Shown one piece after another: positions 28,704 to 36,399 of a stretch of 55,822 nt of DNA. Position 1 is the stretch's first letter. Each line of letters starts with the position of its first letter. The position numbers and the translations under genes are program-made. The stretch comes from a virus. Taxonomy: Duplodnaviria > Caudoviricetes. The stretch is from positions 1-55,822 of IMG/VR virus record IMGVR_UViG_3300032322_000568; one strand, written 5' to 3'. The notes beneath the pieces are model-generated. The model was not told where the DNA came from. It did no database searches and saw nothing but the letters and a program-made list of their open reading frames with translations.

Positions 28704-28970
28704 TTAATGTTTTGTTGGTTCGCAAGCAAAAGTTTTGACCATCTCACGCATCTTGCTATCAACGTCTGACCAATAGCTTTCAAATGCAGCGTGGCCATTT
28801 TGCTCACAAAGCGCGATGCAGATCTTGGTTATCAACGTGAGAGCGACGCCGTTGTAAACCTGGTCAGCAAATTCTTCATCGTGCTTTTCGTAAAGCTTAT
28901 CAATTTCATGGTTGATAATTTTAACCATCTCAAAAGCAGTCTTGGCTATCTTAAGATCATTCTTAGTCAT
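28704..28970 (-). CDS. hypothetical protein
   Basis: Start MTKNDL, overlap with upstream gene. Confidence 0.6.
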   Translation of the reverse strand: MTKNDLKIAKTAFEMVKIINHEIDKLYEKHDEEFADQVYNGVALTLITKICIALCEQNGHAAFESYWSDVDSKMREMVKTFACEPTKH

Positions 28971-29214
28971 GGCTGCCCCTTGCTCGTATGGCGGTAACGC
29001 AGGCTTGCGTCCAAGCCATCTCATTGTGGTCAACTTTGCCTGTTTTGTATTCGGCGTCGATCATGTCGCAGCACACGGACGCACACGCCTCACGCTCTGC
29101 TGCGGCAACAAGGGCGGCGAATGCTTCAAGCTGCCCTTCCCAACAAGTCCACCCAAGGCCATACTTTGCGATCCCCGCCTTCCGCGCCATCTTGACTATG
29201 TCTTCTTGGGCCAT
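28963..29214 (-). CDS. small phage protein, AEREACA family
   Basis: DIVKMARKAG...FAALVAAAEREACA...AIRARG. Confidence 0.7.
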   Translation of the reverse strand: MAQEDIVKMARKAGIAKYGLGWTCWEGQLEAFAALVAAAEREACASVCCDMIDAEYKTGKVDHNEMAWTQACVTAIRARGSHD

Positions 29215-29216
29215 GC

Positions 29217-29483
29217 TCACCTCATTCCTCGTATGGCGGTGGCGCTGTAGTCGGGACGAACCCAATCGCCTTTTGCTATGGCGATGCAGTCGTCCGAATC
29301 CAGCATGTAATCGCCTTCAGTGACGCAGTAATCGTCTTCCTCTTTGATCGCCTTGCAGATGCGATCACGCTCATGATCGGCAACAAGGGCAGCAAAACGT
29401 GTTACAGAATTTAATGGCTTTTCGTCAGATCCGTAAGCCAATCCGGCCTCCCGTGCCATGCGGATGATGTCCTCGCGGTTCAT
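29217..29483 (-). CDS. small phage protein, AEREACA family paralogue
   Basis: DIIRMAREAG...FAALVADHER. Confidence 0.7.
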   Translation of the reverse strand: MNREDIIRMAREAGLAYGSDEKPLNSVTRFAALVADHERDRICKAIKEEDDYCVTEGDYMLDSDDCIAIAKGDWVRPDYSATAIRGMR

Positions 29484-29785
29484 GTATTTCCCCTTGCGCG
29501 GATGGCGGATGCCAAGTGGCTGCAGGTATTGGCATGTTCCATCACGATGCCGTCCTCGTCATTGACTTGCAACGATATGCTCGTGAAATTTTCAACCGCA
29601 GCATCAAGCAGCGCTGCACAAGCCTCACGCTCTGCAGCCACAGCATCTGCAATCAACTTATCAATCCGCGAGGCTTTGCGCAGCCGGCTTACATGGCCTT
29701 TGTCGTAGCCGGTTTGCTTAACGATGTCTTTGATCCTCAAGGACTCGTCCTTGACCAGCATCCTGACTTCAAAGTATCGGTGCAT
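29480..29785 (-). CDS. HTH + AEREACA module protein
   Basis: Start MHRYF, IKDIVKQTGYDKGHVSRLR helix-turn-helix then AEREACA...AIRARG. Confidence 0.6.
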   Translation of the reverse strand: MHRYFEVRMLVKDESLRIKDIVKQTGYDKGHVSRLRKASRIDKLIADAVAAEREACAALLDAAVENFTSISLQVNDEDGIVMEHANTCSHLASAIRARGNT

Positions 29786-29952
29786 CAAAACACTCCAAAC
29801 CAGACGCCTGTGCCATGCACGCAGCCCACCGGGAATATGATGCAGCCTGCAATCAGCAGCAGCCACTTGGCACTCTGAATCGATACGATGACATGGGTGA
29901 GCCAGGCCAGTAGCACCCAGGCTGATAATGCAAATCCAAGCATGCTGTTCAT
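29785..29952 (-). CDS. 55-aa two-TM membrane protein (not in ORF track)
   Basis: MNSMLGFALSAWVLLAWLTHVIVSIQSAKWLLLIAGCIIFPVGCVHGTGVWFGVF, coupled at both ends. Confidence 0.75.
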   Translation of the reverse strand: MNSMLGFALSAWVLLAWLTHVIVSIQSAKWLLLIAGCIIFPVGCVHGTGVWFGVF

Positions 29953-30230
29953 CTTTCTGTCTTTTTTGAAAATAGTTCAGGCTTGTAAACCCGCACGCTT
30001 GCGTCATGCAGGTAAATCACGCGGATCATGTCGTCCACCACGGTCCAGCAAAACTCAAACATCCTGCCATTGGACCCGTAGCTGTAACCGTCCACCAGGC
30101 TTTTGCCAAACTCCTTGCACTTGTGCTGACGCAAGGTCAGTACGATTTCACCGCCGCCCTCATTGTTGGCAGACCAAGTCTGTGCTGAGACGGCTACTGG
30201 CAATGCCAGCAAGAGCGCGGCAAGTCTCAT
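29949..30230 (-). CDS. exported protein with signal peptide
   Basis: MRLAALLLALPVAVSA, two Cys. Confidence 0.7.
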   Translation of the reverse strand: MRLAALLLALPVAVSAQTWSANNEGGGEIVLTLRQHKCKEFGKSLVDGYSYGSNGRMFEFCWTVVDDMIRVIYLHDASVRVYKPELFSKKTER

Positions 30231-30442
30231 AGCTGCACAAAAAGGCGCTCGATGCCCTTTTCCTTCACGAATTTAGTGAAGTCCAAAGGCTTGTTGGCCA
30301 GCACAGCAAACGTCAGCATGTGGCACAACTGAGCAGCTTCATAGCCCGTGCAATTTTGCGGGATCGTGATGCGATGCATAGCACCATCAATCTCAACATC
30401 AATGGGGCCAATGGGTTCAGCGGATATGGGGGTGTCGGTCAA
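30227..30442 (-). CDS. hypothetical protein
   Basis: AAGGAG RBS + TTG, ATGA overlap downstream. Confidence 0.6.
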   Translation of the reverse strand: MTDTPISAEPIGPIDVEIDGAMHRITIPQNCTGYEAAQLCHMLTFAVLANKPLDFTKFVKEKGIERLFVQL

Positions 30443-30644
30443 TTACATACTCCTTCATGATTTTTTGATGGGAAATCTTGCCCCGGTTGTCGATCACGCT
30501 CATCAAGAGCAGTAACCGCCAAAAGGGCATGCGATCGTGTTTGCAGTAGTAATGGACCGTTGAAGGCGCAACCCCTAACACCCTGGCTGCAGCCCTGATC
30601 CCGCCGACTGCTTCAATAAGGTCTCGTGTGTTCATGGTGTTCAT
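30417..30644 (-). CDS. Cro-like HTH regulator
   Basis: LIEAVGGIRAAARVLGVAPSTVHYY, first gene of the leftward operon. Confidence 0.85.
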   Translation of the reverse strand: MNTMNTRDLIEAVGGIRAAARVLGVAPSTVHYYCKHDRMPFWRLLLLMSVIDNRGKISHQKIMKEYVIDRHPHIR

Positions 30645-30650
30645 GGTGTT

Positions 30651-30679
30651 AGAGTAATCGAACGGTAACCATTATGCAA
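30651..30679 (-). promoter_or_regulatory. leftward promoter (predicts leaderless mRNA)
   Basis: TTGCAT-17 bp-TACTCT, 6 nt before ATG 30644. Confidence 0.65.
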
Positions 30680-30820
30680 CCCAGGACGTACAGGGGCGTA
30701 CAGGGGCGTACACCTGTAACCCAGGGTTGCACGATGGTTGCGGGTTTTCATAGGAGAAATGGACGTAACCCAGGGTTACACAAGGGGTGAACAGGGCGTA
30801 CACCCGTAACCCAGGGTTGC
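30676..30820. repeat. palindromic GTAACCCAGGGTT[AG]C repeats plus 10-bp tandem repeats
   Basis: Copies at 30716, 30765, 30806 and a partial copy at 30676; CAGGGGCGTA tandem at 30691-30710. Confidence 0.9.
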
Positions 30821-30828
30821 GATATTGG

Positions 30829-30857
30829 TTGACACAGTGTTCGATACATGAAACACT
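30829..30857 (+). promoter_or_regulatory. rightward promoter
   Basis: TTGACA-17 bp-AACACT (weak -10). Confidence 0.5.
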
Positions 30858-30887
30858 TTAGATTCAGCAAACCCTGGAGCAAACCTT

Positions 30888-31055
30888 ATGGAAAAAAACG
30901 ATGAATGGCAGTTGATGATGCAAGAGCGCGAGCAAATGACCGAGGAAGCTTTTACCCGTGCCCGGTTGGGCATGGCCACTGAAAACGATTGGAAATGGCT
31001 TGCAAACGAACTTGGATTAGATCTTTACAAAAGGAAAGCAAATGTTGATTTCTGA
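30888..31055 (+). CDS. 55-aa hypothetical protein (not in ORF track)
   Basis: GGAGCAAAC leader, MEKNDEWQLMMQERE...ELGLDLYKRKANVDF. Confidence 0.7.
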   Translation: MEKNDEWQLMMQEREQMTEEAFTRARLGMATENDWKWLANELGLDLYKRKANVDF

Positions 31056-31662
31056 AAGCAGTACCGAACGCTCATACAAGCTTGTGCCAGCAGGCACTCA
31101 CATGGCCATCTGTTATGGCATCGTTGATCTTGGTACCCAGGCCTATTCCTACCAAGGCGAGCAAAAGCAAGAGCGCCAATGCCGTGTTTTGTGGGAGTTG
31201 CATGGCGAGGATGCCGATGGCAATCCCTTGACCCTGGAAGACGGCAGGCCCTTGTCATTGAGCCAGCGCTACACCTTATCGCTTGCCGAGAAGGCCAAGC
31301 TTCGCAAGACGCTGATTAGCTGGCGCGGCAGGGAGTTCACTGCTGCAGAACTTCGTGGCTTTGATTTACGCACCATCATCGGCGCACCTTGCATGCTGAC
31401 CGTGACGCATGCGGTCAAGGGTGACAAGACCTTTGCCAACGTGGACACCGTTACCGCGGTGCCTGCAGCGTTGAAAAAGCTTGGCCTGCCGGAGTTGGTC
31501 AATAAAAAAACCTACTTCAGCTTTGGCTACTTCAACCAGGACGAGTTTGATGCGCTTACGGAAGGCTTAAAGCGCGTCATCATTCAGTCGCCCGAGTGGC
31601 ACGCTGTGTCCCATGCCAAGCCAACGTCACTTGCTGACGCTGATGATGACATCCCCTTCTGA
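31042..31662 (+). CDS. ssDNA-binding-like replication/recombination protein
   Basis: P.G.H.A.C..IVDLGTQ, YTLSL.EKA.LR..L.SWRG, acidic SSB-type tail DDDIPF. Confidence 0.75.
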   Translation: MLISESSTERSYKLVPAGTHMAICYGIVDLGTQAYSYQGEQKQERQCRVLWELHGEDADGNPLTLEDGRPLSLSQRYTLSLAEKAKLRKTLISWRGREFTAAELRGFDLRTIIGAPCMLTVTHAVKGDKTFANVDTVTAVPAALKKLGLPELVNKKTYFSFGYFNQDEFDALTEGLKRVIIQSPEWHAVSHAKPTSLADADDDIPF

Positions 31663-31663
31663 C

Positions 31664-31888
31664 ATGGCTAAACAATTAACCCAAAAAGCAGCAGTTGCGG
31701 TTGTCAACAAGCTTGCTGAACGGGATTGGGTTCCCATCTGGTATGTCAATGGCGTCATGCTGGTGCCGCACTACACAAAGCAGCATGTGTGGGTGTGGCC
31801 TGGCGGCCAGTTCTTCACGCCTGCCGAACTTGTTGACATGGGCGGCAAGGAGTCCACCACATTACTTTGGCCGAGGCATTGGACATGA
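31664..31888 (+). CDS. hypothetical protein
   Basis: Start MAKQL directly after the upstream stop. Confidence 0.6.
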   Translation: MAKQLTQKAAVAVVNKLAERDWVPIWYVNGVMLVPHYTKQHVWVWPGGQFFTPAELVDMGGKESTTLLWPRHWT

Positions 31889-32460
31889 CGCAAAGCCTAG
31901 AATCCGTTAACGCTTACTCAAAAGCTCAATCTGATCTTTTTTTGAAGAGCAGAAAAAAGTCAAGATTTTTAGACAATGACGCCTGGAATGATGTAGTGCG
32001 CGCTTTGTTTTCAGGCCAACACGTTCTTAACATTGCTATAAAACATGGCATTAGTGACAAGACCGTTTACAAGTGGCGCAAGAATGTGATCGATGGAGAC
32101 ATTCCTCCCAGGTACCGCATGACTCAAGAAACTCAAGTTGTTGTCAATCAATCCAACATTAACTTCCGTGATGAGGGCACCTTAAAGCCTTGGGTACCCA
32201 ACAAATTTTCATTGAGTGAGGATAAAAAAATGGCTACTGACGAATCTTTTCTGGACCGTTTACGTCAATTTACGAGTGACAAAAAGCCAGCCGTGCAAGA
32301 TGTTGTCGAGCAGGTGGCAACCAATCCATCAGAGCACAGCACCTTGCTGGAGGCGCCTTCCGGCGATCGGTTCCTGACGGAAGTTAATGACCTGCAACTG
32401 ATGACTTTTTTGAAGCTTCAGGGTTTTACTTTGTACCAAGTCAATCTCAAAAAGATTTGA
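31885..32460 (+). CDS. HTH-containing protein, possible internal start at 32230
   Basis: IAIKHGISDKTVYKWRK. Confidence 0.65.
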   Translation: MTQSLESVNAYSKAQSDLFLKSRKKSRFLDNDAWNDVVRALFSGQHVLNIAIKHGISDKTVYKWRKNVIDGDIPPRYRMTQETQVVVNQSNINFRDEGTLKPWVPNKFSLSEDKKMATDESFLDRLRQFTSDKKPAVQDVVEQVATNPSEHSTLLEAPSGDRFLTEVNDLQLMTFLKLQGFTLYQVNLKKI

Positions 32461-32461
32461 T

Positions 32462-33205
32462 ATGGAAGTCAAAGCACAACCCAGTGAGGCTGGCCACTGG
32501 TACACGAGGACCGGTGAACCGATGTACCAGGTCAAATCCAATGCCGGCCACCTGCGCAATACAACGCTCAGGGACGCTCGCAAGTATGACCTAGTACCTT
32601 CGGTCACCACCATCCTAAATTGCGCCGCTAAGCCCGGTCTGGAGGCCTGGAAACAGCAACAGATCTTGCTTGCATCGCTAACCCTTCCAAAGCGTGATGA
32701 TGAGAGCCTAGACGCCTACGCTGACCGGGTCCTGAAGGACAGCAAAGAGCAGGCTTCAGAAGCTAGGGATTTGGGCACTGCTATCCATGCCAAGGTTCAA
32801 TCAGCCTTTGAAGGTGGGCCACCGAATGAAAGCTACCTGGCCGTCAAGCAGGTCCTCGACAAAGCGTATGGCAAGCAAGAGTGGATCAGTGAACGGTCCT
32901 TTAGCCACCCGCAAGGCTTTGGTGGCAAGTGCGATCTGCACTGCAAGGTGGCGGTCATTGACATCAAGACCAAGGCCTTTGGTCCGCAAGATGATCCGCA
33001 AGGGTTTGATGAACACCTGATGCAACTGGCAGCCTACCGATCAGGGCTGATCCTGCCTGATGCAGCTTGTGCCAATGTTTTTGTGAGCACAACTCACTCA
33101 GGACTTGTATCGCTCTATGAATGGACCAAGGCTGATGTCGAGCGCGGCTGGCTCATGTTTGAATCGCTTTTGAAGTATTGGCAGGCCAAAAATAATTATC
33201 AGTAG
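32462..33205 (+). CDS. PD-(D/E)XK exonuclease (Cas4/RecB-like)
   Basis: PSVTTIL, GTAIH, E...GKCDL, IDIKTK, QLAAY. Confidence 0.9.
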   Translation: MEVKAQPSEAGHWYTRTGEPMYQVKSNAGHLRNTTLRDARKYDLVPSVTTILNCAAKPGLEAWKQQQILLASLTLPKRDDESLDAYADRVLKDSKEQASEARDLGTAIHAKVQSAFEGGPPNESYLAVKQVLDKAYGKQEWISERSFSHPQGFGGKCDLHCKVAVIDIKTKAFGPQDDPQGFDEHLMQLAAYRSGLILPDAACANVFVSTTHSGLVSLYEWTKADVERGWLMFESLLKYWQAKNNYQ

Positions 33206-33257
33206 GTTGGGCGGTCGTTTTCTGGCGCATGAACGGTAGGGATCTTGATGAAACTGT

Positions 33258-33286
33258 TTGACAAGTGGATTAAAGATCCCTAACAT
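33258..33286 (+). promoter_or_regulatory. sigma70-like early promoter
   Basis: TTGACA-AGTGGATTAAAGATCCC-TAACAT. Confidence 0.75.
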
Positions 33287-33332
33287 TCTCCTTACAGCAA
33301 CTTCGCTGTGAAGCAAACCAGGAGCAAACCAA

Positions 33333-33626
33333 ATGCAAAACGACATCGCAAACATCACCGCAGCATCAGTTGACCAACTCGGCGCATTGCTCGCCCAGAT
33401 CGCAGACCTGACCAAGCAGGCTGACGCAATCAAAGACGCCATCAAGGACAGCGCTAGCAACGGCGGTGCCAAGTCTGTTGAAGGCTCACTCTTCAAAGCC
33501 ACTTACGTTGAGACCAACCGCTCGACGTTTGACAAGGACGCCTTCATCAAGGCTTTCGGTGCCGAGGCTTACGCCAAGTTCCAGAAGACCACCGCAGTCT
33601 TCTCAGTCAAAGTTACCAGCCGCTAA
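33333..33626 (+). CDS. conserved phage protein
   Basis: AGGAGCAAAC leader, VD.LG.L.AQIA.L motif, strong codon bias. Confidence 0.8.
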   Translation: MQNDIANITAASVDQLGALLAQIADLTKQADAIKDAIKDSASNGGAKSVEGSLFKATYVETNRSTFDKDAFIKAFGAEAYAKFQKTTAVFSVKVTSR

Positions 33627-33658
33627 TCAACTGGGGGCCTAGCCCCCTCGGAGGACAC

Positions 33659-34018
33659 ATGTACAAGCTAATTGAATCTGACAAGTATGACCTGCGTATG
33701 CAGGTGTGCAATGTGGTCGAGAAGGCCAACAACCTGAACCGCACGCTAGCAAGTGAGTGGCCAGATCTTGATGGCTATCAACTTAATGCCTTCGACAACC
33801 TGGTCGGTGAAATGGAAGAGCTTGTGTCGATGATCGAGCACATCAAAAGCAGGAGGAAAGCAGCACGAGAATCATCATTGATCGCCCCATGCAGGGGTAT
33901 TACGTTGCATCTGAGGAGGACTGGGATCTTGGCTGGCCTACGGGCCTTGGCAAGACGCAGGAAGAAGCAATTGCTGACCTGCTGTGCCAGCGTGACCTTG
34001 ACCCCCAAACAACATTAG
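33659..34018 (+). CDS. helical protein; ancestral stop probably at 33866-33868, now read through
   Basis: GGAGG RBS, C-terminal 50 aa overlap a better frame. Confidence 0.6.
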   Translation: MYKLIESDKYDLRMQVCNVVEKANNLNRTLASEWPDLDGYQLNAFDNLVGEMEELVSMIEHIKSRRKAARESSLIAPCRGITLHLRRTGILAGLRALARRRKKQLLTCCASVTLTPKQH

Positions 34019-34032
34019 TGGAGGTGGTATGA
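33865..34032 (+). pseudogene. 55-codon ORF with ACG in place of ATG
   Basis: AGGAGG RBS, (T)RIIIDRPMQGYYVASEEDWDLGWPTGLGKTQEEAIADLL..., ends in ATGA overlap with the next gene. Confidence 0.65.
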
Positions 34033-34250
34033 AAACAGGTGGACCAGCGTTTCCATTACACACACACGATTGGCACAAAGAAGTCAGTGATACAGGGTAT
34101 ATCGATCATGACTTCACCATGGGCATGACCTTGCGCGATTACTTTGCAGCCAAGGCGATGCAAGCACTGGCGCAGGGGAATTATTTTGATGCAACCGCGA
34201 GGCAGGCTTACATGATTGCAGACGCCATGCTGAAAGCGAGGGAACAATGA
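34029..34250 (+). CDS. conserved phage protein (GGPAFP...GMTLRDYFAAKAMQ family)
   Basis: Recognisable motif, GGAGGT RBS. Confidence 0.85.
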   Translation: MKTGGPAFPLHTHDWHKEVSDTGYIDHDFTMGMTLRDYFAAKAMQALAQGNYFDATARQAYMIADAMLKAREQ

Positions 34251-34447
34251 TCCCTGGCACACGCGTGAAGACACCTCGAGGGCTTGGCATCCTCGAGCAC
34301 ATCCAACCCGACGGGACCTGCGCAGTCCGATTGATCAATGACCGTGAGTGGCCATTTCCTGAGTGGATTTACCTGCAACGCAATCAAGTCAAGCTGGCGT
34401 TCAAACCCAAGTTAGACCTGTCAACTTTTGAGGAGGCACCGTTCTAA
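34247..34447 (+). CDS. hypothetical SH3-like protein
   Basis: PGTRVKTPRGLG, ATGA coupling. Confidence 0.65.
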   Translation: MIPGTRVKTPRGLGILEHIQPDGTCAVRLINDREWPFPEWIYLQRNQVKLAFKPKLDLSTFEEAPF

Positions 34448-34741
34448 ATGGAACAAGTTTACTTACAGCACCTGGGCACTTGCCCCATCTCGAAGTTTGA
34501 GACGAGCAAGCTTAAACCCGTAACTAAGCGGCCCTACAAGTTTGGCGTGAGTGCTTGCCACTCACCTGCCCCCAGGAACTTCTACAGCCACGATCAGGAC
34601 TGGGTTTATGACCTGATGGTACTTGATCGCACGCCCTACCAAATGATTCGTTACAAGGGCCTCCAGTGGCTTCTGTACGCGCTTTTTGCCGGCGCTGTTA
34701 TCTACTTCAGCAATGGTGTCGCACAGTGGGCGGTGCGGTGA
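34448..34741 (+). CDS. hypothetical protein with C-terminal TM segment
   Basis: GAGGAGG RBS, WLLYALFAGAVIYF. Confidence 0.65.
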   Translation: MEQVYLQHLGTCPISKFETSKLKPVTKRPYKFGVSACHSPAPRNFYSHDQDWVYDLMVLDRTPYQMIRYKGLQWLLYALFAGAVIYFSNGVAQWAVR

Positions 34742-34848
34742 TGGCTGACCTAATGGACTGGCTTATCACGATGTTTGGCGTTGGCTCGATCGGGCTGACA
34801 GTGTTTTTAATTTATGTCTTATGGAGCATGCCTTATGGTGAGGAATGA
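34741..34848 (+). CDS. 35-aa single-TM peptide
   Basis: TGATG coupling, hydrophobic core. Confidence 0.5.
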   Translation: MADLMDWLITMFGVGSIGLTVFLIYVLWSMPYGEE

Positions 34849-35044
34849 TTATCGATTAACGATGATTGCTGCAGCGCTGAACGGGATCTTGTCCCGCGGC
34901 GTTGAGCATTACAAGGATGGACCTTACTCACTGGATACGCCAGAGCGCATTGCGACGCTGGCTATCCGTATTGCAGACGCAACCCTGGAGATTAGCAATG
35001 AGAGATTACCAAGACCCAGAAGTACAGATTCAAGTGCTGGTTGA
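34835..35044 (+). CDS. small phage protein related to 34029..34250
   Basis: AAALNGILS...LAIRIADATL. Confidence 0.65.
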   Translation: MVRNDYRLTMIAAALNGILSRGVEHYKDGPYSLDTPERIATLAIRIADATLEISNERLPRPRSTDSSAG

Positions 35045-35171
35045 GTACATGCAAGTCATGATCGCTCGCAGAGACTGGCACGGTGTGAGTGATGCAGCCA
35101 ATGACATCAGAGAACTCGAGGCCGAGCAGGACGGTCCAAGCTTCTTACGGAGGAACCAGGAACATGCTTAG
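34998..35171 (+). CDS. small conserved phage protein
   Basis: GGAG RBS, DWHGVSDAANDIRELEA. Confidence 0.7.
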   Translation: MRDYQDPEVQIQVLVEYMQVMIARRDWHGVSDAANDIRELEAEQDGPSFLRRNQEHA

Positions 35172-35325
35172 CGATGCTGACATCAGGGCCTGCGCTGACA
35201 GTGTCCCTGACTCATTGACGGCTGATCATTGGTTTTATGCCTTTGCTCGTGCCATTGAAGCCATGGTCTTGCGTAAGCGAGCCTGTACCGATGACTGGCG
35301 TGACAGCGCAGGAGATGCAGCATGA
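35164..35325 (+). CDS. small phage protein
   Basis: LSDADI...FARAIEA motif. Confidence 0.6.
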   Translation: MLSDADIRACADSVPDSLTADHWFYAFARAIEAMVLRKRACTDDWRDSAGDAA

Positions 35326-35807
35326 ATCTACTCGAACTGCTAGATGAAGTTGCTACCGAGACCAAAAAGGAAGACCTGCAGGAGGCTTGGGATCGGTGTC
35401 TGTTAAGAAACCACTTGAGCAATGCCAACATGGGCAAATTGATAAGTTGGTTTTGCACAGAACACGATTTGAACTGGGTGCAGTTCAATGAACTTAAACG
35501 TGTTCCTAAGTACGAGTACCAGGTTTTTTGCCACACATCACGTTATCTCGCGGCCTACCTTCCTAAGATCTGGGAATTGCTCATGGCCGGCAAAACAAAT
35601 GAGGAGATCCTTGCTTATCTCAAACGGTTCAATGTTCGCACGTTGGACAAACCCATCGACTTGAAAAAGGCGGCTAAGGAAGCCAAAGAACGGCAGCAAG
35701 ACACGTTGAAAGACAAGCGCAATGTGCTTGAGAAAAAGTCGCGCATCGGTCAACGGCTGCGTGCCAGCAAAGCCAATTGGAACACGGTCAAAGCAGTCCG
35801 ATCATGA
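35322..35807 (+). CDS. hypothetical protein
   Basis: AGGAG RBS, ATGA coupling. Confidence 0.7.
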   Translation: MNLLELLDEVATETKKEDLQEAWDRCLLRNHLSNANMGKLISWFCTEHDLNWVQFNELKRVPKYEYQVFCHTSRYLAAYLPKIWELLMAGKTNEEILAYLKRFNVRTLDKPIDLKKAAKEAKERQQDTLKDKRNVLEKKSRIGQRLRASKANWNTVKAVRS

Positions 35808-36136
35808 TCAAGATGAATGAACTGCTGTACGCACGGATGATCAAGATGCTGATGGAGGGCTGCACTGCGTACAACATCTGCGATGAGACGGGCCTGCATG
35901 TCGTCACGGTCCAGTCTTATCTCAGAGCCTTACACAAGGAAGGCGTGACTCACATCACGGGCTGGGTGAAGAACTCCCGCGGTGTGGATGCCACGCACAT
36001 TTACAAGCTTGGTATCGGTGAGGACAAGCCACGGTCGAAGATGACACGGGCTGAGATTGCTAAACGGTATCGATTCAGACAACGGTTACGCGCACGCATG
36101 GAGCGTGAGCGGATTGCTTTAGGGGTAAGACTATGA
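35804..36136 (+). CDS. winged-helix DNA-binding protein
   Basis: TAYNICDETGLHVVTVQSYLRALH...HI.GW. Confidence 0.75.
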   Translation: MIKMNELLYARMIKMLMEGCTAYNICDETGLHVVTVQSYLRALHKEGVTHITGWVKNSRGVDATHIYKLGIGEDKPRSKMTRAEIAKRYRFRQRLRARMERERIALGVRL

Positions 36137-36399
36137 GCGGTGATCACAATCAATTTCAAAAGGGCAAGTCATATCTTGATGAGCCAGTAGCCTGGATGCA
36201 CACAACTGGAACAGGCCATGTGTACTTCCGAAAAAAGCCACAGGACAAGGTTTTTAATCCACAGCCTGTGTACACCTCACCAAAGCGTGAATGGGTTGGG
36301 CTGACACTAAATGAAGCAGAAGATTTTTACGACAAATACACTGACAGAGCGGAGCTTATAAACGCCATAGACAAGTTCCTTGAGGAGAAGAACACATGA
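36133..36399 (+). CDS. EPVAW / WVGLT mosaic family protein
   Basis: EPVAW...PVYT.P..WVGLT...EKNT. Confidence 0.75.
   Translation: MSGDHNQFQKGKSYLDEPVAWMHTTGTGHVYFRKKPQDKVFNPQPVYTSPKREWVGLTLNEAEDFYDKYTDRAELINAIDKFLEEKNT

Noticed and set aside
30759-30809. 16-codon ORF with AGGAG inside the repeat region
   Set aside because: SD-ATG spacing is only 2 nt and the sequence is explained by the repeats
30676-30820. Mini CRISPR array
   Set aside because: Repeat is only 15 bp, periods are irregular (40, 49, 41) and the intervals repeat each other; no cas operon
32462-33205. Cas4 of a CRISPR system
   Set aside because: No four-Cys Fe-S pattern, and it sits in a typical phage recombination module
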